64,000 bases of DNA from an uncultured virus (IMG/VR IMGVR_UViG_3300042521_003679) (lineage: Duplodnaviria; Heunggongvirae; Uroviricota; Caudoviricetes): IMG/VR virus record IMGVR_UViG_3300042521_003679. One strand, given 5' to 3'. Positions 54,946 through 64,000 of the stretch are shown here, in pieces; position 1 is the stretch's first letter; every line of letters starts with the position of its first letter. The notes beneath the pieces are model-generated. The model saw only the letters and a program-made list of their open reading frames with translations. It was not told where the DNA came from and searched no databases. The translations under genes and the position numbers were made by a program.

Positions 54946-57900
54946 GTGGCACAAGACGCACAACTTCTGCTGAAAGTAGGTCTTGATCTGTCCACATTTA
55001 GGAATCAACTGGCAACGCTTGGGCAAGCAGCGGCTGGGTATAATTTACCAATCAAGATTAAATTTGATCGCATTGCCGTACAGAATGAATTAAATGCTCT
55101 TGGCGTAAATATTAAAAGGCGAACTTACAAGCTTGAAGTTGCAACAAATATTAAGGCTGAAACTGAAAACGCAAAGGTTTTAGCCAAGGCGCTCGCAGAG
55201 CTAGGAAAAGCTGGTCAGCAGATAAGAGGGGTGGCAGGTCGCGCTGCCACTGGCGCCGAAGCAAGTACTGTGGACGCCGCCAAGTTTCAGGCGATGGTCA
55301 ATAGGGCGACTAAGCCCGCACTGGAAGCCCTTTACCAAGGCATGGCAAAGGCGAAAATCCCTATGGGGGAAGTGGGAGGTCGCACTGTTGACGAATTGAA
55401 AAAATCTATCATCAGCGGCATTCCTGGTCTTACGCAGGATATTGCCAGCGGAATGACAAAGGGTCTCGAGGGACTTAAAGAAAGCGGACGCAAGGGTGCA
55501 AAATTCGTCATCGATTCTTTCAAGGACGCCGCAGGTATCGCTTCTCCTTCTAAGGTTTTCAAGCAACTTGGCCAATTTAGCGCTGAAGGCTTGGAGGACG
55601 GGTTTCTTGAAGGCTTGAGGGACTTCAAAGGCAAAGCCGTTTCTGAAATTAGAAAAATTGTTGCGTTAATGCGCATGGAACTAGCAACGCTCGGCGGCGC
55701 TGCTAGCAGTGCCGTGGCTGTTGCTGGCGGCGGCGTTCGAGGGGCCGGCAGGGGCGGCACACAATACATGAGCCCCATTGGGCCGCTGCCACATGGCAGC
55801 CGAGAGCCATGGGCCTATAACCAAGGCGCGTATAGGCATGAACCTTATATGGCACAGCCAGGGCAGTTTCGGGGCGCTGGCATTCAATCCATGGTATCGC
55901 GCTATCCTTTTGCGCCCATGCCAGGAGTGAGAGCTACGACCGAACTGCCAAGCATGTTTGGAATGGCAAGACCAGCGCTGCCTGCTGCTGGTATGAGCAG
56001 TGCTGCTGGTATGAGGCAAGCGGAATTGTTTGCTCGCGAGGCGGCTGCACGCGCACGATCTGCCGAGAGAAATGCGGCAGTCATGAGGGAAAGCGTTATC
56101 GCATCTCGCGTGTCTGGGCAAGTACCTTTGGGTCGAGGTGGGTTTCCACAGCTTCCAAGTGGCGCTGGAGGGGCGCTTGCTTTGCGAGGTGTTGGAGGGG
56201 GCGGCGGTAATGGTGGCACGGGCGGCGGAGGTGGCTTTGGGGGATTTGGTGGTCTTGGCGGGTCCATGGGCGGTCTTAATTTGCCGGGGAGCGGTCTCAT
56301 TCGCGAACTAGGAGCCGAGTTTGCTTTTGCGACTAAGCAAGTGCTTTTGTTTGGACAAGCTTACAAACTGCTTGGTTTTGCACAGGATTTCCCCGCACAG
56401 GTGGGACAGGCAGTCGCGCAATTGCAAAATTTTAATAACACACTGAAGGCCATTTCTCCCACTAGCCAGGAAGTTGTTGCGTCTAATCAGCTAATTGTTG
56501 ACTTGGTTGAAAGATACAACATTCCCCTGCAATCGGCTCGGGACGGGTTCACAAAATTATACGCTTCAATGCAGCCCGCAGGCTTTAGCGGAGACCAGGT
56601 TAGAGGGCTTTTCACTGGTATTAGCAAGGCTGCGGCTACATTTGGCATGAGTGCAGATAAAGTAGATCGGGTGAATTATGCCTTTGCTCAAATGGCTAGC
56701 AAGGGTCAAGTGATGAGCGAAGAACTAAAAGGACAGTTGGGTGACGTGTTGCCAGGCGCTATGGCAATCTTTGCTCAAGCCGCTGGCTTTAAGGGACCCG
56801 AAGCGATCACTAAATTTTCGGAAGCGCTAGAAGACGGTCGCTATAAAGGCACTGCAATGATGGAGCTTCTTAATAATGTGAGCGTCGTGCTTAATGAAAA
56901 ATTTAGCGCTGGCGCAGAGGGTGCCGCCAAGACGTTCCAAGGTGCCATCAATAACATGCAAACTTCCATAAAAGGTTTGTATGAAAGTTTTGAACCCATC
57001 GCTACGGCTTTTTTGAACGGCGTTGTTTCTCCAATGATGGCCGGTATCAAAGTAGTGACAGATGGATTAAATGCGTTCTTCAGTGGCACGCAAACTAAGA
57101 CTGCGGGTGGTTTTGCATTGGCTCAAGCATTGGAGCAGTTGCGCCCAAGCTTTGAAGGTATCAGGCAAAATGCAACGCAAATTGCTGAAGTGCTGGGTCA
57201 ATTCGCAAAGGCCGCACTTGGCGTGGCGCAAGTTTTATTGCAAATTGCTGGCAATCCCGTTGTCGGCTATTTTGCCAAAGTGTACTTAAACGTTCTTGTC
57301 TTAACAACTGCTATTCAGCTATTGAACTTGCGAGCATTGATTCCGATGATCGCAAATCTCATTCGATCCGCTGCCGCATTAATTGGTTTTGCCGTTCAAT
57401 GCGCTCGAGCTGGACAGTCCGCTCAGGCAATGGGGCTTATGGCCCAAACAGCGGGATTAACTCTGAGAACGTTCTTTGCAAGCACAGGTGTTGGCTTGGT
57501 GGTGGTAGGCATTGGCTTGCTCATTGAGCGATTTATGACCATGAATCAAGCGCTGGCAGATACTAGAGCCAAGGCTCTTGGCGCCGCTCAAGCTATTCGT
57601 GCCATGTCGGCCACGGAGGCAAGGCAGGCAGGATTTCAGGCGGCACGGGATGTTAAATTGCTGCAGCAATTGTCTCAGCAAGAGCAAGTTGGAGGGGTGT
57701 TTGGTCGCAAATTCTTAACTCCCAACAAAGAGCAGCAAGCCGCTCTGCAAAGGGCTGGTGTGACCACTCAAACCATTTACAACAAAAAACAGGGATATGG
57801 TGTAACGCAAGGTGCGCGAATTGAGGACCTAGCAGGGGCTATTCAGGCTCGTCAAGGGATTTTGCGAGAAGCTCAATTTAGGGAGCGTCAAGTCAAGTTT

Positions 57901-59427
57901 GAAGAACAACAAGCCACAAAACCTTTATCTTTTGCTGAAATCAAAGGTGGAGGAGGCGAAAGCGGCGCGAAGGAGGCCGCCAAAGGTGGAGCCGACAAGG
58001 CCGCCAAAGAGGCGGCTCGCCTGGCCGAGGAAATTGCCCGTCAAGCAATGGCAGCATCCGACGCGCTGTTTTCAGAGCGGCAGCGCTTGCTGATTTTACA
58101 GCAAAGCAATCCCATCGCTAAAGCCTTCGCTCAATACACCAGTCAAGAGCTGGTAATTCAACGTGAACTAAATCAGGCCCTTAAAGACGCTAAGGGAGAA
58201 AAGGAAAAAGCAGATCTTCGCGAAACGGCTCGGCTCAAGCAATCGGCCAATGCGCTTGAACTGGAACAAGAAATGAAACGTGCGCGAGAAGACGCACTTG
58301 CACCCATTGAAGATCTTCTCAAGAGCCAGCGAGAGCAGTTGCGCTACGAAAAGGATGTGAAAGACTTGTTGCAACAGGGGATGCTTCCCGAGCGTGCCAA
58401 GCAAGTGGCCGAGGTGCGCAAACTTGTCCGCACGCAATTAGAAAGCCTTGACTTGTCAATCAAAAATGCACGAGCGGCAATTACAGAAGCGGAAGCCAGG
58501 GGAGCATCTGCGGATCAAATAGAGCGACTTAAGAAGGCGCTGGAGGATTTAGAAAAGGCTCGCGGCGGCATCGAGGGCAACGGTAAGGAAGCAGAAGCTG
58601 GAGTGCCACCATCCAAGGAAGCAAAATCCCCCCTTGACTACATCAAAGAAGGTGCTGCTAGCGCCCAGGAGGAACTTGCCAAGCTCACAAACTGGGGCTA
58701 TCAAGCAGTAGAAGCTGGAAAGGCAATCGGCAGCGCATTTGGAACGGCGTTCAAAGATTTGATTTCCGGCTCGGCATCGGCGCAAGAAGCGCTGGCCAGC
58801 ATGATGCAAAGCATCGCGGATCACTTCCTTGACATGGCTGCGCAAATCATTGCCCAGCAAATCACAATGATGATTTATGGGATCATCTTGAAAGCCTTGG
58901 GCGTAATGGGGGGTGTTGCGTCTGGACTGTCAGGCGCAGGAGCTTTGACCCCCGGCGCTGGAGCTACAGCCTCACTTCCAACAAGCTATGCAGGAGTCAC
59001 AGGTGGCACTGCTGGACTCGGCAGTATTGGAGCTGGTGGTGGATTCGGATCTTTCTCCATGTTTGGATTTGCAAATGGTGGCATTGTCACGGGTCCCACT
59101 CTCGGTCTTGTGGGCGAAGGCAAATATAACGAAGCAATCGTTCCCTTGCCTGATGGCCGCTCTATTCCCGTGCAAATGCAGGGCGAAAGCATTCGCGACA
59201 AAATGGGCAGCGACATGTCAGGAGCTGGAGCATCGCCAATGCTTTCCATGAGCTTCCAAACTACTACCATCAATGGCGTGGAATACGTTGACAGGGCTCA
59301 GTTGGAAGCCGCCATGGCGGAAACTCGTAGAATATCGGTGAGAGAAGGCGCTACTCGCGGAGCAACAATTGCTCTTGACAAGCTTGCCAATTCTCCTTCT
59401 TCTCGTCGTCGCGTTGGTCTTCGTTAA
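54946..59427 (+). CDS. Tape measure protein
   Basis: 1493 aa; IASPSKVF, QMASKGQVMSEELKGQLG, FANGG..GEG..EA. Confidence 0.92.
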   Translation: MAQDAQLLLKVGLDLSTFRNQLATLGQAAAGYNLPIKIKFDRIAVQNELNALGVNIKRRTYKLEVATNIKAETENAKVLAKALAELGKAGQQIRGVAGRAATGAEASTVDAAKFQAMVNRATKPALEALYQGMAKAKIPMGEVGGRTVDELKKSIISGIPGLTQDIASGMTKGLEGLKESGRKGAKFVIDSFKDAAGIASPSKVFKQLGQFSAEGLEDGFLEGLRDFKGKAVSEIRKIVALMRMELATLGGAASSAVAVAGGGVRGAGRGGTQYMSPIGPLPHGSREPWAYNQGAYRHEPYMAQPGQFRGAGIQSMVSRYPFAPMPGVRATTELPSMFGMARPALPAAGMSSAAGMRQAELFAREAAARARSAERNAAVMRESVIASRVSGQVPLGRGGFPQLPSGAGGALALRGVGGGGGNGGTGGGGGFGGFGGLGGSMGGLNLPGSGLIRELGAEFAFATKQVLLFGQAYKLLGFAQDFPAQVGQAVAQLQNFNNTLKAISPTSQEVVASNQLIVDLVERYNIPLQSARDGFTKLYASMQPAGFSGDQVRGLFTGISKAAATFGMSADKVDRVNYAFAQMASKGQVMSEELKGQLGDVLPGAMAIFAQAAGFKGPEAITKFSEALEDGRYKGTAMMELLNNVSVVLNEKFSAGAEGAAKTFQGAINNMQTSIKGLYESFEPIATAFLNGVVSPMMAGIKVVTDGLNAFFSGTQTKTAGGFALAQALEQLRPSFEGIRQNATQIAEVLGQFAKAALGVAQVLLQIAGNPVVGYFAKVYLNVLVLTTAIQLLNLRALIPMIANLIRSAAALIGFAVQCARAGQSAQAMGLMAQTAGLTLRTFFASTGVGLVVVGIGLLIERFMTMNQALADTRAKALGAAQAIRAMSATEARQAGFQAARDVKLLQQLSQQEQVGGVFGRKFLTPNKEQQAALQRAGVTTQTIYNKKQGYGVTQGARIEDLAGAIQARQGILREAQFRERQVKFEEQQATKPLSFAEIKGGGGESGAKEAAKGGADKAAKEAARLAEEIARQAMAASDALFSERQRLLILQQSNPIAKAFAQYTSQELVIQRELNQALKDAKGEKEKADLRETARLKQSANALELEQEMKRAREDALAPIEDLLKSQREQLRYEKDVKDLLQQGMLPERAKQVAEVRKLVRTQLESLDLSIKNARAAITEAEARGASADQIERLKKALEDLEKARGGIEGNGKEAEAGVPPSKEAKSPLDYIKEGAASAQEELAKLTNWGYQAVEAGKAIGSAFGTAFKDLISGSASAQEALASMMQSIADHFLDMAAQIIAQQITMMIYGIILKALGVMGGVASGLSGAGALTPGAGATASLPTSYAGVTGGTAGLGSIGAGGGFGSFSMFGFANGGIVTGPTLGLVGEGKYNEAIVPLPDGRSIPVQMQGESIRDKMGSDMSGAGASPMLSMSFQTTTINGVEYVDRAQLEAAMAETRRISVREGATRGATIALDKLANSPSSRRRVGLR

Positions 59428-59429
59428 TC

Positions 59430-59813
59430 ATGGCCATTTTCCCATCGCTTAAGCCAACAAACAGACGCCTGACCATGGGGGAGTATCCCACGAAGATTTA
59501 CCGTGCATTGTCAGGGAAGACTGTTCGCCGCAGCTTTGGCAATCGCCCCTTCGGTTTCAGTCTCGAGCTTGATTATGAAAACGTGCCGGAGGCGACTGTG
59601 CAGGCAGTGATCAACCATTACAACACGCAACAAGGGCAAACGATTGGCTTTACTATACCCGATGCAGTGTTCGCAGGTTTAAGTGCAACCACTATCAATC
59701 TCATCAAGGCACCGTCTCGAACGCTTTGGTTTTATGCAGAAGCTCCTTCTATCGAGGCTGTGTATCGAAGCATTAGCAATGTAGGTGTTAAGCTCATTGC
59801 AGACTTGGTGTAG
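59430..59813 (+). CDS. Distal tail protein
   Basis: Directly after tape measure. Confidence 0.7.
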   Translation: MAIFPSLKPTNRRLTMGEYPTKIYRALSGKTVRRSFGNRPFGFSLELDYENVPEATVQAVINHYNTQQGQTIGFTIPDAVFAGLSATTINLIKAPSRTLWFYAEAPSIEAVYRSISNVGVKLIADLV

Positions 59814-59815
59814 AG

Positions 59816-60352
59816 ATGAGCAATATTCGCATTGTTCAATATTTTGAGCTTGTAGCATTCACCAATGCTGCCGCTGCCAAAAGCCTTGCAAATTTAAGCA
59901 CCACTGATACCATTGTCGTTGGTCGCGAACCCGGCTCGATCATCCATCGCTACCAAAACTATTTTGTCAATGAGCAAGTAAGGTGGAACGGAGAACAATA
60001 TGCCTTTGCCCCGTTTCGAGCAGAAGGCACCACCTCCAATCTAAACGGAGACAACGCACTGGTGCAAGTGCTATTTCCAAACGTAGAAGTGGCCATTCGC
60101 CTTGTCGAACAAGGCAACGGCAATAGACTTAGCCGTCTCACGCTTACAACGGCATGGTTAAATGTCAACAATGGCCTCATTAAAAGCTATGCGGAGCGCT
60201 TCATTGGCATTGGTGCCGCTTTCTCCGAGACTACGATTGAGCTTAGATTCAGGAGCGCAATGGACAGTGTAGGAGCCAACTTTCCTGCTCGTTCCTTGTC
60301 CCGCAATTTAGTGGGCATTCTTCCCCTTAACGCCGATCTTTTCTTGCAATGA
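59816..60352 (+). CDS. Minor tail protein (gpL-like)
   Basis: Synteny; Y.FAPF. Confidence 0.65.
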   Translation: MSNIRIVQYFELVAFTNAAAAKSLANLSTTDTIVVGREPGSIIHRYQNYFVNEQVRWNGEQYAFAPFRAEGTTSNLNGDNALVQVLFPNVEVAIRLVEQGNGNRLSRLTLTTAWLNVNNGLIKSYAERFIGIGAAFSETTIELRFRSAMDSVGANFPARSLSRNLVGILPLNADLFLQ

Positions 60353-60756
60353 TACCCTCTCCATCGTCCTCTTTCAACGATCTTATTGGTCTTCAGCATC
60401 AATGGGCAAGAAGGCCAGAGGATGGAAGCGGTTTTACTGACTGTTTTGCGCTTTGCATGGAAGTGCGAAAACGTTTAGGACTGCACGATTTCATGGAAGA
60501 GTTTGGTTGGGTGTACGAGCAGTGCCAGCCCGAAGAAATTAGCAACAAGCAAATAGTTAAATGGCTATGGAAAAACGCAAGGCAAATCGTAGAGCCACGA
60601 CCGGGAGCGGTATTTTATCTTCCATCGCCTAATGGCTCTTTGGCTATGGCCGTAATCACTGACAGCCAAAACTGTCTTTTGCTAGGCCCTGGAAAGAAGG
60701 TAATATCCCTGCCTTTCGCTAAAGTGGCAAAAGGCAAATACTACTGGGCAGATTGA
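60349..60756 (+). CDS. NlpC/P60-like tail protein (gpK-like)
   Basis: DLIG...DCFAL; PG.V. Confidence 0.7.
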   Translation: MIPSPSSSFNDLIGLQHQWARRPEDGSGFTDCFALCMEVRKRLGLHDFMEEFGWVYEQCQPEEISNKQIVKWLWKNARQIVEPRPGAVFYLPSPNGSLAMAVITDSQNCLLLGPGKKVISLPFAKVAKGKYYWAD

Positions 60757-63700
60757 TGAGCAATAATCTTCGCAAGCTTCTGCCGTATGAACATCAACTA
60801 GTTGAGACGCTTGGCATTACAAAAGAACAATACTTAGAGTTTGTTCTTTTGCAGCAAGAATACACCGACATCAAGGCGGGCACTGTTTTAGATATTAGAA
60901 ATTGGGAAGTCGTCGCAATTGTCTTGGCCGTTGTTGGCATACTAGCTCAAGTGGCATCGGCGCTTTTGATGCCCAAGCCGCAAGTTCCTTCAATTACACC
61001 CCAAGGTCAGCGTCAGCAAACTCGCGATGATATTTTTGCCCCTCGCTTTGGCTTTAATACCGTCCAAAATTTAGCGAAATACGGAGATCCCGTCAACCTT
61101 ATTTACACCAATACTGCTGCCAACGCAAACGGTGGCGTGAGGGTGGCCACCTCACTGCTATGGTCTTCAGTTAAAAGCTTTGGCAGTAGTCAGTATGTTC
61201 AAATGCTTTTGCTGCTTGGCGCTGGTGGCATTGGGGCCATTGATGCCGATCGCACTGCTTTTGGACAAACTCCCATCCGCAATTTAATTGCACAAAACTA
61301 TTGGTTGTATTTTCGCCCTAACAATACTGGCATTATTCGCGGAAATGATTTGATATATGGAGGCAATGGCGAAAGTGATCCTGCCGCTGCTGGCGTCGGC
61401 AGTCGCAACCTCTACCGTATTTCACCATCGTCATCTACTTCCGCTGGCGACGGATTTAGCCATGCTCTTTCGCCTGCCACATCTAATCAATTTGGCCTAT
61501 ATTCTCCCGTGCCAATCAATGCCGATGTAATTATTCGCAATGAGGCTGGTGCGGAAGAGTCTGTTTCCAGTGGCATTCAAGCCGCCATTACAAGTCCAAA
61601 TCGTGCGGCTTTATGGGGGTCCAATCTTCCGTCTAGCACTTTGCGCTCCGTTCCTGTTGGGTCCATTCTCACTGTTACTCTTAGCGCCACTAACAAGGAG
61701 GGATTGTCAACAGTTGAGCTGGAGGCCGCCGACCAAAGACGAGCATTGTCATCTGCATTTGACAACGCCGCCATCTTCAAACTTGGTTCGGCTAAATTTA
61801 GCGTACTTCGTGCCAACAGGGGATCCACGGAGGAGGGCGATGTAATTGTCACATTACGTTGCATCGAACAAGGACTTGCACCAAGTGTGGCTTACAATAT
61901 TTCCAATGCAAAGCAAGATGCAAAGAAAATAGCGGAAAGCGATCCAACATATTTGTCGTTAAGAAATACAGCCAACAGCCTTCTCAATGCAGATCAGCGC
62001 AGGGACATTTCCACCGCCCAAGCACTCTTAAACGCCGGCAATATTTTCGTTTATCAGCAATTTAGGACCGTTAGTTATGGTCGTGGTGGAGGATTTATCT
62101 CCACCGGCACCCGACTTGCATTTCAAAGAAATTTAACCGAGGGCGAAAAGCAAGCCCTTCGCGACTTTATTACTTACGAAGATGATATTGCGCGAGGAAT
62201 TAGATCGGACAATGTTTTCTTTACCAAGGTGCTTTCAAAGGTTGAGAAAGCAAGTTACGAAACAATTTCTCCTTGTCATATTGTTGACTTGGCGATCAAG
62301 GCTAGGTCTTTTAGGCGGATTAGCGGGCGTCAAGAGGTTTATGGTAGTAATCGCGTAGCTGGCTATCCGATTAGCGACAATGGTATTAAGCTAAGAACTG
62401 CCATGTTTTTGGTTAAGTACAAAAGATCCACCGATGCAGGGTTTTCCTATGTCAAGGGCATTTTTGTTGTAAGACGCGCTGCTGACAATGACAATTTTGT
62501 TTACTTGCGCTTTAATTCTGGGCAGTCTGGACTTAGCAACTCATTTAATTGGCACTTTGAAATAGAAGCCGTTCAAGATACAATTGCTGAATTCAAGCAA
62601 AGCTTGTTAAATGAAGGCAATGCATATCGTTTTTTCTATGTAGAGAACAGTGGAAATGCCTCGACTATTTCGCTAGGGCAAGGCCGAACTCTTTCTTTTA
62701 CGGGAAGCATTGTCAACAGTACCAATTTTTTACCTCCATTGAACAATTCCCCCGTCCAAACAAACGAATGGGACTTATTTAATAATACTGCGGACACTCA
62801 GTATCAGTTTTCTTTTGACAATGGGCCAGAATTTACGCTCGGGGCTGTCAGCGAGCAAATTGTTGAGCAATTTAACAACTTTCCCGGCCTATACCAAGAC
62901 GCATCGCTTGTTGGCTTTAATTTGTATTCCGGCAAGAATGTGCAAGATTTGCGTTCCTTGAGCATGTTTGTAACGCAAGGGCGCCGATCAAGACTATTAC
63001 GAACTTCTGGGACTATCAATGGTGTTTCGTGGGGGCGGCCCAATTTTGAATATCTTTCACCTGTCCCCAATGGCTTTGCAAATACCGCTCCCGACATTTT
63101 TGTTGACACAGTCCTTGACTACAACGATGGCATCGGGAAATATGCTGGCGATTTGTTCTCAGTTGATCTTGAGCAGCTATCCAGAAGTAAGAAATTTTGT
63201 GAGGTGAATGGATTGTTCATGGACGGAGTGATTGCTGAGCCGTCTTCATGGCGAGAGTTTTGGTCGGTGCATTCTACTTTTAGCCTGCTTGAACTTGCCA
63301 AGCGCGATGGAAGGGAGACGCTTTTGCCTGCAGTGCCCTACGACGCAAACACTGGCGCCATTTCTAGACAGGTGCCAATTAGTGCATTGTTCAATCAAGG
63401 CAACATTCTTGAGGACAGCTACAAAGAAGAATTTCTTGACTATGGAAGCGGCACCGAAGATATTGTTGCCACTATTATTTTCAGACAAAATGAAAGAGAT
63501 GGCGTATTCCCGAAAAACAACAGTGTAGATGTGCATTTGAGCGATACCAATGCAGATCTTGCCATTCGTGAAACCATCGACCTTTCATCGTTTGTCACTC
63601 GCAGAGAGCAGGCAATCCTCGTGGGCAAGTTTCTTTGCCAGACCAAGCGTCATTCTCGCCGCGCCCTTGAATTCAAAACGTTTCCCACGGACAGCTTTGT

Positions 63701-64000
63701 GGCGCCAGGAAGCTACATCTATGTGGAGCTGGCGCAGAACCAGTGGAATGGCATCCAGACTGGCAGCATTGGCCCTAGAGGCGCTTTGGACCTGCCCCTA
63801 GCTGGATCCATCGCCAATGGCTCGTACCAGTTTCTTCTTTACAATCCCAACGCCACCACGTCGGGCACTACTGCATTTAATAGCGTCAGCGTTTCCAGCA
63901 ATACTGCATCTGCGCTTGCCGCTTACGAAGGATATATATTTGTGCTTGGTACTAAAATTAAAAATAAGAGAGTGTTCAAGGTGACAGAAGTTGCGATGGA
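60756..64000 (+). CDS. Tail tip/host-specificity protein (gpJ-like), truncated by window edge
   Basis: TGATG-coupled ATG at 60756 (MSNNLRKLLPYE); no strong competing ORF; absent from track, consistent with no stop in window. Confidence 0.8.
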   Translation, partial: MSNNLRKLLPYEHQLVETLGITKEQYLEFVLLQQEYTDIKAGTVLDIRNWEVVAIVLAVVGILAQVASALLMPKPQVPSITPQGQRQQTRDDIFAPRFGFNTVQNLAKYGDPVNLIYTNTAANANGGVRVATSLLWSSVKSFGSSQYVQMLLLLGAGGIGAIDADRTAFGQTPIRNLIAQNYWLYFRPNNTGIIRGNDLIYGGNGESDPAAAGVGSRNLYRISPSSSTSAGDGFSHALSPATSNQFGLYSPVPINADVIIRNEAGAEESVSSGIQAAITSPNRAALWGSNLPSSTLRSVPVGSILTVTLSATNKEGLSTVELEAADQRRALSSAFDNAAIFKLGSAKFSVLRANRGSTEEGDVIVTLRCIEQGLAPSVAYNISNAKQDAKKIAESDPTYLSLRNTANSLLNADQRRDISTAQALLNAGNIFVYQQFRTVSYGRGGGFISTGTRLAFQRNLTEGEKQALRDFITYEDDIARGIRSDNVFFTKVLSKVEKASYETISPCHIVDLAIKARSFRRISGRQEVYGSNRVAGYPISDNGIKLRTAMFLVKYKRSTDAGFSYVKGIFVVRRAADNDNFVYLRFNSGQSGLSNSFNWHFEIEAVQDTIAEFKQSLLNEGNAYRFFYVENSGNASTISLGQGRTLSFTGSIVNSTNFLPPLNNSPVQTNEWDLFNNTADTQYQFSFDNGPEFTLGAVSEQIVEQFNNFPGLYQDASLVGFNLYSGKNVQDLRSLSMFVTQGRRSRLLRTSGTINGVSWGRPNFEYLSPVPNGFANTAPDIFVDTVLDYNDGIGKYAGDLFSVDLEQLSRSKKFCEVNGLFMDGVIAEPSSWREFWSVHSTFSLLELAKRDGRETLLPAVPYDANTGAISRQVPISALFNQGNILEDSYKEEFLDYGSGTEDIVATIIFRQNERDGVFPKNNSVDVHLSDTNADLAIRETIDLSSFVTRREQAILVGKFLCQTKRHSRRALEFKTFPTDSFVAPGSYIYVELAQNQWNGIQTGSIGPRGALDLPLAGSIANGSYQFLLYNPNATTSGTTAFNSVSVSSNTASALAAYEGYIFVLGTKIKNKRVFKVTEVAM

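Noticed and set aside
61540..63801. Short ORFs listed near the right edge
   Set aside because: Lie within the long tail-tip ORF starting at 60756
1..64000. DGR, retron, integrase or DNA polymerase
   Set aside because: No reverse transcriptase, recombinase or polymerase motifs recognised in the window

Overview
The window is most of a tailed dsDNA phage genome, probably a long-tailed cyanophage. That host call is inferred from the minimal RNR pair, thyX, small cyanophage-type ORF families and SD-less pyrimidine-rich leaders. Layout: tail-fibre accessory genes (1-4.4 kb); lysis (5.5-6.8 kb); nucleotide metabolism, recombination and primase-helicase (7-16.3 kb); cassettes of small paralogous ORFs; an early region with repeated promoter modules (22-26.5 kb); RNR; terminase; portal; a six-gene sugar-modification cluster; head and tail modules to the right edge. 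The main anomaly is 26.7-29.8 kb. An AC/GT-rich tandem-repeat block with Z-DNA and G4 potential abuts a 2-kb three-gene island strongly depleted of AC/GT dinucleotides, apparently at the cost of Val/Thr in a GP88-like protein. A terminus-like non-coding stretch and a nested-hairpin element follow. Other highlights: a -1 frameshift signal in a head-region gene, R/K-x-D motifs bracketing accessory head domains, a 15-bp motif at small-gene junctions, a 17-bp operator plus GNRA hairpin at early promoters, and a tRNA-like element. All family calls are motif recognition by eye and all counts are manual; no searches were run.
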